Shown here piece after piece: positions 7,477 to 15,835 of a stretch of DNA of 24,000 bases; the stretch's first letter is position 1; every line of letters begins with the position of its first letter. The position numbers and the translations under genes are program-made. Source of the stretch: Acidimicrobiales bacterium (GTDB taxonomy: Bacteria; Actinomycetota; Acidimicrobiia; Acidimicrobiales; CATQHL01). The notes beneath the pieces were generated by a model. The model saw only the letters and a list, made by a program, of their open reading frames with translations, did no database searches and was not told the origin of the DNA. The DNA lies in NCBI GenBank assembly GCA_963668565.2, contig CAXXMX010000006.1, positions 1 to 24,000 on the forward strand, written 5' to 3'.

Positions 7477-8773
7477 CGAGACGGCGGCGACCCGCGAGCT
7501 GCGCTCGGTCAACCCCTCCCTGGAGCGCGCGTTCGTTCAGCTGACCGACCGCGTGTTCGTCGCTGCCGGCTACGGCATGTCGACGTTTGCCTTCGTGGTC
7601 GGTCAAACCGGCATCGTCGCCGTCGACGCCGGCAGTACACCCCGCGCATCGGCCGAGGCGATCGCCGAACTGCGGCGCCACAGCGACCTGCCGATCCTCG
7701 GGCTCGTCTACACCCATCACCACTTCGACCACACCTACGGGGCGGTGGCGCTCGTCGACGAGAACCCCGATATCGAGATCTGGGCCATCGAGCCGTTCGG
7801 CAACGAGACGCTGCACCTCTTCTGTGTCGCCACGGTCGCCAGGCAACGCGCCCTGGGGCAATTCGGCCACCTGCTCCCAGCCGAACTGCATATCAACAGC
7901 GGCTTCGCATCAGCGTCGGCGACGCGCGACTTCCGTATCGGCGAACTCCCCGACCCGCGGATCGGCCCCACCAGGACGTTCGAGGGGGCCACGACCGTAC
8001 GGCTGGGCGGCGTCACGCTGGAGGTGTCGCACAACCCCGGCGAGACCGATGATCAGGTTCTCGTCTGGTTCGAGGACGAGCGGGTCGCCTTCGTCGGCGA
8101 CAACATGTACCGGTCGTGGCCGAACCTGTATGCCATCCGGGGCTCGCGGTACCGGAACGTGCGCGACTGGTGCGAGTCGATCGACCGCATCCGTGCCCTG
8201 CAGCCCGACCATCTCGTGCTCGGCCACACGCTGCCGATCAGCGGCGCCGCCGGGGTGGCCGAAGCGCTGGAGGTCTACAGCCGGGGACTGTGGCACGTCT
8301 ACAACGCCACGATCGAGGGGATGAATGCGGGGAAGACGCCCGATGAGCTTGTGCATGAGGTGCGGCTTCCCGACGACCTCGCAGACCATCCGCTGCTGCG
8401 CGAGTACTACGGCACCGTCGCCTGGTCGGTGCGCTCGATCTTCAACGGTGTGCTCGGCTGGTTCGACGGCAACCCGACGACCCTGAACCCGCTCGATCCC
8501 GCCGACCGTGCCCGGCGGATCGCCGGTCTCGCCGGAGGTGCAGGCGTGCTGGCGGAGCGGGCCCGTGCGGCGCTGGCCGGCGGCGAGGCGCAGTGGGCCG
8601 CCGAGTTGTGCGACATGCTCCTGGCGCTGGATGTCCGCCGGGCCGAGGTGACGGCGCTGAAGGCTGACGCCCTCGACGAGCTGGCCTACAACTCCGTCAC
8701 GGCGACCGGCCGCAACTACCTGCACACCAGCGCGCAGCAACTCCGCGAGGCCATTGACACCGCAGGCGGCTAG
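7466..8773 (+). CDS. Alkyl/aryl-sulfatase-like MBL hydrolase, paralog 2 (tandem duplicate)
   Basis: MSGSETAATRELRSVNPSLERAF..., VYTHHHFDHTYG, NPGETDDQVLVWF, VLGHTLP, WFDGNPTTLNPL. ATG 7466 overlaps the 3' end of paralog 1 (its TAG is at 7474-7476). By eye it is about 80% identical to paralog 1, except for one divergent central block. Confidence 0.85.
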   Translation: MSGSETAATRELRSVNPSLERAFVQLTDRVFVAAGYGMSTFAFVVGQTGIVAVDAGSTPRASAEAIAELRRHSDLPILGLVYTHHHFDHTYGAVALVDENPDIEIWAIEPFGNETLHLFCVATVARQRALGQFGHLLPAELHINSGFASASATRDFRIGELPDPRIGPTRTFEGATTVRLGGVTLEVSHNPGETDDQVLVWFEDERVAFVGDNMYRSWPNLYAIRGSRYRNVRDWCESIDRIRALQPDHLVLGHTLPISGAAGVAEALEVYSRGLWHVYNATIEGMNAGKTPDELVHEVRLPDDLADHPLLREYYGTVAWSVRSIFNGVLGWFDGNPTTLNPLDPADRARRIAGLAGGAGVLAERARAALAGGEAQWAAELCDMLLALDVRRAEVTALKADALDELAYNSVTATGRNYLHTSAQQLREAIDTAGG

Positions 8774-8812
8774 TCGGCAGGACCGGCGGAGGCCCGCCAT
8801 CGCGATGGGCCG

Positions 8813-9535
8813 TCAGCCCTGCGCCGGCGCCTGCAGTACGCGCAGGAGGTCGTTTGCCGAGACCTCTATGAGTTCGGTCATGACCCGGGCGGCCTCGTCC
8901 TCGTCCCGTCGGCGTATGGCATGAGCAACCTCGGCGTGTAGCCCGAGGGTGGTGGCCGGACCGCCGGGCACTTGCACGGTGAGACGGCGGCTCCCCTCCA
9001 GTGCGATCCGGATCGTCTCGGCCATCTGCGCCAGTACGGGATTCGCCGCCGCCCGGAACACTGCGTTGTGGAATTCCAGGTCGGCTGCGATGTACCGGCT
9101 GAAGTTGGAGACCGCGTCGGCCATCGCCCCATACAGGTCGACAAGCATGTCCGCCGCCTCGTCGCTCCGCCGGCGCGCTGCCAACCTTGCCGCCTCCGGC
9201 TCGATCACCAGGCGCACCTCGGCAACGTGACTGAGCGTCGTCGGCGCTGATCGGGCGGCGATGCTCCAGCGCAGGACGTCTGGATCGAGCAGGTTCCACG
9301 ATCGGTGGTTTGCGACGACGGTGCCCGCCTTCGGGCGGGACTCGATCAGTCCCTTGTCCCGGAGAAGCCCCAAGGCTTCCCGAACCACGGTGCGTGAGAC
9401 TCCCAACTCCACCGAGAGGTCGTCCTGGTTCGCAAACCTGTGCCCAGGCGGATAGGTGCTGTCGATGATGCTGTAGCCGATTCTCTCGACAGTGCGCTGA
9501 CGCAGACCAGTGCCGGTCCGGGTGTCGAAGTCCAC
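8813..9535 (-). CDS. GntR-family transcriptional regulator, FadR subfamily (winged HTH plus FCD domain)
   Basis: LRQRTVERIGYSIIDSTYPPGHRFANQDDLSVELGVSRTVVREALGLLRDKGLIESRPKAGTVV, followed by an all-helical FCD-like C-terminus (RLVIEPEAARLAA...DLEFHNAVFRAAANPVL). GTG start at 9535. Confidence 0.9.
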   Translation of the reverse strand: MDFDTRTGTGLRQRTVERIGYSIIDSTYPPGHRFANQDDLSVELGVSRTVVREALGLLRDKGLIESRPKAGTVVANHRSWNLLDPDVLRWSIAARSAPTTLSHVAEVRLVIEPEAARLAARRRSDEAADMLVDLYGAMADAVSNFSRYIAADLEFHNAVFRAAANPVLAQMAETIRIALEGSRRLTVQVPGGPATTLGLHAEVAHAIRRRDEDEAARVMTELIEVSANDLLRVLQAPAQG

Positions 9536-9570
9536 GGGCGGCAGTCTAGCGAGCCCCTTGTGCAGATGAT

Positions 9571-9592
9571 CAATAGTATGATATTACTATTG
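9571..9592. promoter_or_regulatory. Candidate GntR operator in the divergent promoter region
   Basis: Perfect palindrome CAATAGTA-TGATAT-TACTATTG inside a sharply AT-rich island (about 9561-9600). It lies between the GntR start (9535) and the dehydratase start (9619). It contains the GT...AC core typical of FadR-type GntR boxes. Confidence 0.55.
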
Positions 9593-9618
9593 TACGATCC
9601 TCTGCTCGGAGTAGCGCC

Positions 9619-10875
9619 ATGAAGATCACCGGCATCACCTCCCACGTCGTCGCCAATACCTGGAAGGACTGGCTCTGGGTTCGGGTCGACACCGACGAGG
9701 GGATCCAAGGAGTTGGCGAGGGGACCGTCAACGTGTTCACGCGCACGGTCGAGACCGCCATACGTGACCTCCACGAGAGGTTCGCGGGCCATGACCCGTT
9801 CGAGATCGAAGCGCTACTGGTCGCCACCCAGCGCGATGTCTACACCGATGGCGGGCAGATCCACGGGGCCGCCGTGGCGGCAATCGAGATGGCTTGCTGG
9901 GACATCATGGGCAAGGCGTTGAACGTTCCTGCACACAGGCTGCTCGGCGGGCGGATCCGCGACCGGGTCAGGGCCTACGCCAACGGGTGGTACACGGTGG
10001 AACGCACCCCGGAGGCGTTTGCCGGGGCGGCCCGCCGTGTTGTGGACCTCGGCTTCACCGCCATGAAGTTCGACCCCTTCGGCGATGCGTGGCAGGTTCA
10101 GAGCGGCTACGAGGAGGACATCGCCATCTCCCTGGTGGAGGCCGTTCGCGACGAGGTCGGCCCCGGCTCGGACCTGATGATCGAGGCCCACGGCCGCTTC
10201 GGCATGTCCGCGGCTCTGCGCATCGCCGAGAGACTCGCTCCGTTCCGGCCGGCCTGGTTCGAGGAGCCGGTCTCCCATCACAACATCCCGGTGCTGGCGG
10301 ACGTTGCGCGGCGGTCGCCCGTGCCCGTCGCAGCAGGCGAGTCGTTCTCGGCCCTTCACCAGTTCGCCGAGCTGCTTGCCACCGGAGCGGTGGGAATACT
10401 GCAGCCCGAGCCGGTCCACCTCGGGGGACTCTGGCGCACGAGGCAAGCGGCGGCACTCGCTGAAGCGGGTCACGCCGTGGTGGCGCCCCACAATGCTCAG
10501 GGCCCCATCTGCTCGGCGGTCAGCGCGCAGCTCGCGGCCTGCGTGCCGAACTTCTACGTCCAGGAGTCCTTCGACAGCTTCAACGAGGACTGGACGCGCG
10601 ACCTGGTTGATCCGCCCATCAGCGTGGTCGACGGCTACATCGACATACCCAAAGGGCCCGGACTCGGCATCGAGGTCGACTGGGCACGCGTCGAGAGCCA
10701 TGCCGGCGGCAAGCGCCACTCCCTGGAGTTGTTCTCCCGTGGTTGGGAGTTGCGCGGCGCGGACCAAGCGCCAAGCGGCCGAGGCATCGGCGTCTCGGGA
10801 ACGCAGGCCGCCGACCCATCCCAGCCGTCGTCGCGGAGTGATGAGAACCCAACCAACCCGACTACTGAAAGGTAG
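9619..10875 (+). CDS. Enolase-superfamily sugar-acid dehydratase (mandelate racemase/muconate lactonizing family, DgoD-like)
   Basis: MKITGITSHVV...VRVDTDEGIQGVGEG, AIEMACWDIMGKALNVPAHRLLGG, MIEAHGRF, WFEEP, AAGES, ILQPEPVHLGG and APHNAQGPI. GGAG lies 7 nt upstream of the ATG. The last ~35 aa or so (ADQAPSGRGIGVSGTQAADPSQPSSRSDENPTNPTTER) are low-complexity with lower GC3. Confidence 0.85.
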   Translation: MKITGITSHVVANTWKDWLWVRVDTDEGIQGVGEGTVNVFTRTVETAIRDLHERFAGHDPFEIEALLVATQRDVYTDGGQIHGAAVAAIEMACWDIMGKALNVPAHRLLGGRIRDRVRAYANGWYTVERTPEAFAGAARRVVDLGFTAMKFDPFGDAWQVQSGYEEDIAISLVEAVRDEVGPGSDLMIEAHGRFGMSAALRIAERLAPFRPAWFEEPVSHHNIPVLADVARRSPVPVAAGESFSALHQFAELLATGAVGILQPEPVHLGGLWRTRQAAALAEAGHAVVAPHNAQGPICSAVSAQLAACVPNFYVQESFDSFNEDWTRDLVDPPISVVDGYIDIPKGPGLGIEVDWARVESHAGGKRHSLELFSRGWELRGADQAPSGRGIGVSGTQAADPSQPSSRSDENPTNPTTER

Positions 10876-10880
10876 GGAGA

Positions 10881-12044
10881 ATGAGAAAGAGAATGACGCT
10901 GCTCGCAGGAGCGGCACTGGCTGTGGTGCTGGTCGCCGCCGCATGCGGGGGTGGAGACGAGGCCTGACCGGCAGCAACTCCACCCCCACCGGAGCCGGCA
11001 GCACCCGCACCGGCGCCGGAGCCGGCGCCCCCCGAGCCCGCCCCCGCACCAACGCCGGAGTCGGAGCCGGCAGCACCCGCCCCCGCACCGACGCCGGAGC
11101 CGGCACCGGCGGAGGCGGTTCTGTCCAACGTCCTACGCACGTCGGACAACCTCTGCGATTCGACGCTCGACAAGGAGATGGGCGAGTTGGTCGTCGGGTT
11201 TAGCCAGATGGAGTCCGAGGGCGCGTGGCGCATCGCGGAAACGCAGTCGATGGAGGACCAGGAGGGCCGCGTTTCGAACGTGATCACTACGGACGCGCAG
11301 GGCGACCTGGCGAAGCAGATCACTGACATCCAGGATCTTGTGAACCAGGGCGTCGACGTGATCCTGCTGGCGCCGCGCGAAGCGGACGGGCTCGACGAGG
11401 GCCTCGACACCGCCCGCGACGCCGGGATTCCGGTCCTGTTCGTCGACCGCTCGCACGAAGGCGCGCCGTGCGAGGATTTCGTGACATTCATGTCGTCGGA
11501 CTTCGTGGAGCAGGGACGCATCGCCGGCCGGCGCCTCGCGGAGGCGACCGGCGGCGAGGCCAGGATCATCCAGCTCGAGGGAACAGCGGGATCCGATGTT
11601 GCCCGAGACCGCAAGTCCGGCTTCGACGAGATCGTTGACGAGAATCCCGGTATGGAATTGCTGGCCTCACAGACGGCTGACTTCAGCCGCGCCCAGGGCC
11701 AGAACGTCGCCAGCCAGCTCGTGCAGTCGCATCCCGACGTGACGGCCATCTACGCTCATAACGACGAGATGGCGCTCGGGGCGATAGCGGCGCTGGAGGC
11801 GGCCGGAATGACACCGGGCGAGGATCTACTCGTGGTCTCAATTGACGGCGTCCGCGACGCCTTCGATGCCATCAAGGAAGGCAAGATGCTGGTGACCGTC
11901 GAGTCGAACCCACGCTTCGGCACGATGGCCTTCGACACGATCGAGCAGATGACGCTCGGCCGCTCGGTCCCCGACCGGATCGTCATCGAGGACCGGGTGT
12001 ACGACGCAGGCAACGTCGACCAGTACTACGAGCTGGGGTACTAG
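10881..12044 (+). pseudogene. ytfQ: YtfQ-like (galactofuranose-type, CUT2) sugar-binding lipoprotein gene with one in-frame TGA
   Basis: ATG 10881 follows AGGTAGGGAGA. The signal peptide is MRKRMTLLAGAALAVVLVAAAC with lipobox VAAAC, then GGGDEA, then TGA at 10965-10967. The same frame continues without shift into a Pro/Ala/Glu linker (PAATPPPPEPAAPAPAPEP...) and the mature domain. That domain reads VVGFSQMESEGAWRIAETQS...AHNDEMALGAIAALEAAG...SIDGVRDAFDAIKEGK...YELGY, which aligns with my recollection of E. coli YtfQ (VGFSQVGSESGWR...AHNDDM..GAI...SIDGV...MGY). Confidence 0.8.
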
Positions 12045-12073
12045 GCACCGAGCGGCACCGCGCCTCGGCCGGT

Positions 12074-12136
12074 CCGCAGCCCCTCCGTGCTCGGTTTCCA
12101 GTCCCCCCCTGGAAGCCGAGCACGGAGGGGCTGCGG
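12074..12136 (+). promoter_or_regulatory. Long intercistronic hairpin between the binding-protein and ATPase genes
   Basis: Arms 12074-12101 (CCGCAGCCCCTCCGTGCTCGGTTTCCAG) and 12109-12136 (CTGGAAGCCGAGCACGGAGGGGCTGCGG) form 28 bp, with a single position that would be a U-G pair in the plus-strand RNA. The loop is 7 nt (TCCCCCC). No U-tract follows, so it looks like an mRNA-stability or attenuation element rather than a classic terminator. Confidence 0.6.
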
Positions 12137-12173
12137 CCCATGGCCCTGGCCCAACGAGGAGGAACAGGTCGCG

Positions 12174-13724
12174 ATGGACGGAGCGCTCATCCCTAACGTC
12201 GAGGCTGTCGGCGTGAGCAAGAGGTTCCCCGGCGTGTTGGCGGTCGACGGTGTCGACATGGCGGTGCGCCCCGGTGAGGCGCGCGCCCTCGCCAGCCAGA
12301 ACGGCTCCGGCAAGTCGACGCTGATCAAGATCGTCGCCGGTGTTTACCGCCCCGATGCCGGCACCGTGAAGGTAGGCGAGACCCCCGTCGCGTTCCGTTC
12401 CCCGCCGGAGGCGGTGGCCGCCGGGATCAGCACCATCCATCAGGAGGTCAACCTGATCCCCCCGCGCTCGGTCGCCGAGAACCTCTTCCTGGCCCGCGAG
12501 CCGAAACGGGGACCGTTCATCGACCAGCGGCGTCTGGTCCGCGATAGCGAGGAGATCCTCGCTCGCTACGGCCTCGAGAGCGTCGATCCCAACGCAGAAG
12601 TCGGTCGCTTGAGCATCGCGGTCCGGCAGATGGTTGCCATCGTGCGCGCGGTGTCGCAGGACGCCCGGCTCGTCATCATGGACGAGCCCACCTCATCGCT
12701 GGAGACCGCCGAAGTGGAACGGCTCTTCGGCATCATCGGGCGGCTTCTGGCCGAGCAGCGCTCGGTGCTGTTCGTCAGCCACAGGCTCGAGGAACTCTAC
12801 GAGGTGTGCGAGACGCTGACCGTCCTGCGTGACGGGCGGGTCGTGTTCGACGGTCCGGTTGCCGAGTTGGACCGCGAGAGCCTCGTGACGAGAATGATCG
12901 GCCGCCGTCAGACCGGCTCGACCGGGCGCAGCACCGGGTTCCGTCCGATCATGGCGACCGACGCGCCAACGGTGCTCGAGGCCGACAGCGTGAGCAGCGC
13001 GGACGTGGAGGAGGCGTCGGTGAGCGTGCGTGCCGGAGAGATCGTCGGCCTCGCGGGTTTGCTCGGCGCTGGGCGTACCGAACTCGCGGAGATCCTCTTC
13101 GGGGTGGCGCGGCGCACCGGTGGGGACGGCTTTGTGAGCGACAGCGGCCGCCTGCCGGATTCGCCGGGCGAGGCGCTTGCCAGCGGCATGTCGCTGGTGC
13201 CCGAGGACCGGCGAGCGCAGGGCATTTTCCCCGGGCAGTCTGTTCGCGAGAACGTCATCGCCGCGGCGCTGCCAAAGCTCACCCGCCGCGGTCTCATCGA
13301 TCGAGCCGCCGTCGACGCACTAGTAGGTGATCTCGTCGACATGCTCGATATTCAGCTCGCGTCACTCGACCAACCGATCGAGTAGCTGTCGGGCGGCAAC
13401 CAGCAGAAGGTGATCCTGGCTCGCAGCCTGAGTCTCTCGCCCCTGGTGCTGATCACCGACGAACCGACCCGAGGCATCGACGTCGGCAAGTTCGAGATCG
13501 GCCTCACACGCGTCAAGTTCGAGATCCAGGCCCGCCTCAGTGACCTCGCTGCGAACGGTATGGCCATCCTGATCATCTCCTCGGAACTGGAGGAGTTGCT
13601 CGAGGGCACGCATCGCACCGTCGTCATGCGCGACGGCCGCACCGTGGCCACATTGAGTGGAGAGGACCTCTGCGAGCAGAGCCTCGTGGCACTCATGTCG
13701 ACGGACGCTTCGCCGGAGCGATGA
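12174..13724 (+). pseudogene. ytfR: CUT2-type sugar ABC transporter ATPase (two fused NBDs) with one in-frame TAG
   Basis: GAGGAGG precedes ATG 12174. NBD1 has an atypical Walker A (ASQNGSGKST, where the family has GENGAGKST) and Walker B LVIMDEPTSSL. NBD2 has Walker A GLLGAGRTE. ...LDQPIE is followed by TAG at 13383-13385, and the same frame goes straight into the signature LSGGNQQKVILARSL, then ITDEPTRGIDVG... and ends at TGA 13722-13724. It also carries a 27-bp in-frame insertion (13487-13513). Confidence 0.8.
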
Positions 13725-14722
13725 CGATTCTGCGCACGGCGCGTCCAGCCGGCGCGTCGGCGTCGGGCGAGTTGGGCGCACTGCTTCGCCGGCACGGGAT
13801 CTTCCTGGGTTTGGCGGGCCTCATCGTGCTCAACACGATCATCACACCGCACTTCTGGGCGTGGACCACCCTTCGCCTGCAACTCCAGCAGGTGACACCC
13901 CTCGTCTTCACGTCCCTGGGCATGGCATTCGTGGTGGCCACCAAGGGGATCGACATATCCGTCGGCGCGATCATGGCGGTCGCCTCGGTGGTGATCGCCA
14001 TGACAATCGCACCGCTGGGCTTGCCGCTCGCCGTCCTTCTGGCCCTGCTGGCGGCCGCCGGGTGCGGGCTGCTCAACGGGTCGCTCGTCGCGTTCCTGCG
14101 CATCCAGCCGATCGTTGCCACCCTCGGCTTCCTCGTGGGCGGACGCGGTCTGGCGTCCGTGATCGTCGACGGCAAGTCCAGATCGCTATACGACGACACG
14201 TTCATTCGCTTCGGGCGCAAGTACTACGAGCTTCCGTTCGGCGCAAGCGTGCCCCTCGCCGCCGTGGTCTGGGCGGCACTCGCTGTCGGCATCTGGTGGC
14301 TCATGCGGTCCACGCGTTTCGGGTTCCGCATCCGCGCCGCCGGCGCCAACCCGGTGGCTGCGGGCCTCAGCGGCTAGAGCGTGCGCCGGACGATCCTGGC
14401 GGTCTACGTGGTGAGCGGCGTACTCGCCGGAATCGCCGGAATGTACGTGACCGCTCTCGCTGCGCACAGCGATGCCACCCAGGTCGGACTGCTGATGGAA
14501 CTCGACGCCATCGCCGCCGTCGTGGTGGGCGGTACCAGCCTGCAGGGTGGTGAATTCTCGGTCCCTCGCACCGTCGCCGGAGCTAACTTCGTGCTTCTCA
14601 CCGAGACGACACTGCTCCGCAACAACGTCGATACGGCCTTGACCCAGTTGGTCTCCGGTCTCATAATCCTCGCCGCCGTGTTCGTGGCAGTCCGTGTCTC
14701 GCACCGTGTCGAGCGGATGTGA
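13721..14722 (+). pseudogene. ytfT: Sugar ABC transporter permease 1 (RbsC/YtfT-like) with one in-frame TAG
   Basis: ATG 13721 overlaps the ATPase stop (ATGA). The sequence is hydrophobic with a multi-TM pattern and GIDISVGAIMAV. ...RIRAAGANPVAAGLSG is followed by TAG at 14375-14377, then SVRRTILAVYVVSGVLAGIAG... in the same frame to TGA 14720-14722. The stop falls in the conserved (A)ARLSGI.V.. loop of this permease family. Confidence 0.8.
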
Positions 14723-15768
14723 CCGGTATGTCGGGCGACCGTGGGCCGGCAGCCGTCCCCGGGCGGGGCCGGTCGCTCGTGGTCCTCCTGAGGTTCCGTG
14801 CGAGGCAGCAACCCGGCCAGATCCTCGGTCCGCCACTCGCCCTGCTGTTGGGTCTGGTCGCGGCAAGTCTTGCCTTCGACGGCTTCCTGAGCGGGCCCAA
14901 CCTGTCCAGCGTGCTGGAGCGCTCGGCCTTCGTCGGGATCATCGTGGTGGGCATGACGTACCTCATCATCGCCGGGGGGATTGACCTCTCGGTGGGCTCG
15001 GTAGCGGCGCTCGCCGGAGTGGTGGTGGCGAAGTTCGTGGAGGCCGGGATAAACCCTCTGCTAGCGCTGCTGGCCACGATGGCCGTCGGCGCGGTGATCG
15101 GCCTCGCTCAGGGTTTGGCGATAGCCCGCGGAAATCTGGAGCCGTTCATCGTGACACTTGCCGGACTGCTGTCGGTGCGTGGGTTGGCGCTACTGCTGTC
15201 CGACGAGCAGAACGTGGCTCTGCCCAACGAGGGTCTGGCGCGGACGATCGGCACGGGAACGGTGTTCTCCGTCGGCGAGTACCGCCTCGCCTCGCCGGCG
15301 GCGATCATGCTCGCGGCGTTCGCGGTGGGCGCCATCGTGCTGCGCAGAACAACATTCGGGCGTTCACTGTTCGCCATCGGCGGCGACGAGAAGTCGGCCC
15401 GGCTGCTCGGCGTGAAGGTGGTGAGCGTCAAGATCAGGGCGTACACCGTGTGCGCGAGCCTGGCGGCGTTGGCGGGAGTTCTCCTGGCCTACCGCCAGAC
15501 GTTGGGGAGACCGTTCGCCGCGGAGACCTACGAGTTGTTCGCGATCGGCGCCGTCGTCGTGGGCGGCACCCTGCTGACCGGCGGCCGCGGCTCGATGATC
15601 GGCAGCCTCTCCGGCACGCTCCTGCTGTTCGTCATCCAGGTCTCTATCAACCGGATGGGCCTCAACGCCTTCTGGCAACAACTCGTGTCGGGCATGTTCC
15701 TGCTACTGGCTGTGGCGGCCCAGAGCCTCCTGCAGCGCCTTCCCAAGCCGGCCGCCGCGAAACGCTGA
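14719..15768 (+). CDS. yjfF: Sugar ABC transporter permease 2 (YjfF-like), intact
   Basis: GTG 14719 overlaps the stop of permease 1 (GTGA); ATG 14728 is an alternative start. Motifs: GGIDLSVGSVAALAG, FAIGGDEKSARLLGVKVVSVKIRAYTVCASLAALAG and VVGGTLLTGGRGS. It is uninterrupted over 349 codons. The gene order (SBP, ATPase, permease, permease) is that of ytfQRT-yjfF. Confidence 0.8.
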   Translation: MTGMSGDRGPAAVPGRGRSLVVLLRFRARQQPGQILGPPLALLLGLVAASLAFDGFLSGPNLSSVLERSAFVGIIVVGMTYLIIAGGIDLSVGSVAALAGVVVAKFVEAGINPLLALLATMAVGAVIGLAQGLAIARGNLEPFIVTLAGLLSVRGLALLLSDEQNVALPNEGLARTIGTGTVFSVGEYRLASPAAIMLAAFAVGAIVLRRTTFGRSLFAIGGDEKSARLLGVKVVSVKIRAYTVCASLAALAGVLLAYRQTLGRPFAAETYELFAIGAVVVGGTLLTGGRGSMIGSLSGTLLLFVIQVSINRMGLNAFWQQLVSGMFLLLAVAAQSLLQRLPKPAAAKR

Positions 15769-15835
15769 CCCCCTCGACCCGCGAGTCCGGCGTACCGCCG
15801 GCCGGTGATCGAGCGAGTCCATGACACGGCCGCCG

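Noticed and set aside
10968-11106. Repetitive CCGGAGCCGGCAGCACCCGC... tract as a CRISPR-like or non-coding tandem repeat
   Set aside because: It is in frame with the binding-protein gene and encodes a Pro/Ala/Glu-rich linker of the kind common after the lipobox in actinobacterial lipoproteins. The repeats are imperfect, are not separated by unique spacers of uniform size, and sit about 72 bp apart within coding sequence.
10965-14377. Recoding of the in-frame TGA as selenocysteine, or of the TAGs as pyrrolysine
   Set aside because: The positions are not redox or catalytic sites: a lipoprotein linker, a pre-signature loop and a permease loop. I saw no SECIS-like hairpin immediately 3' of the TGA. 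TGA and TAG are used as ordinary terminators by nearly every other gene in the window. Pyrrolysine machinery is not expected in this kind of organism. Neither can be fully excluded without the whole genome.
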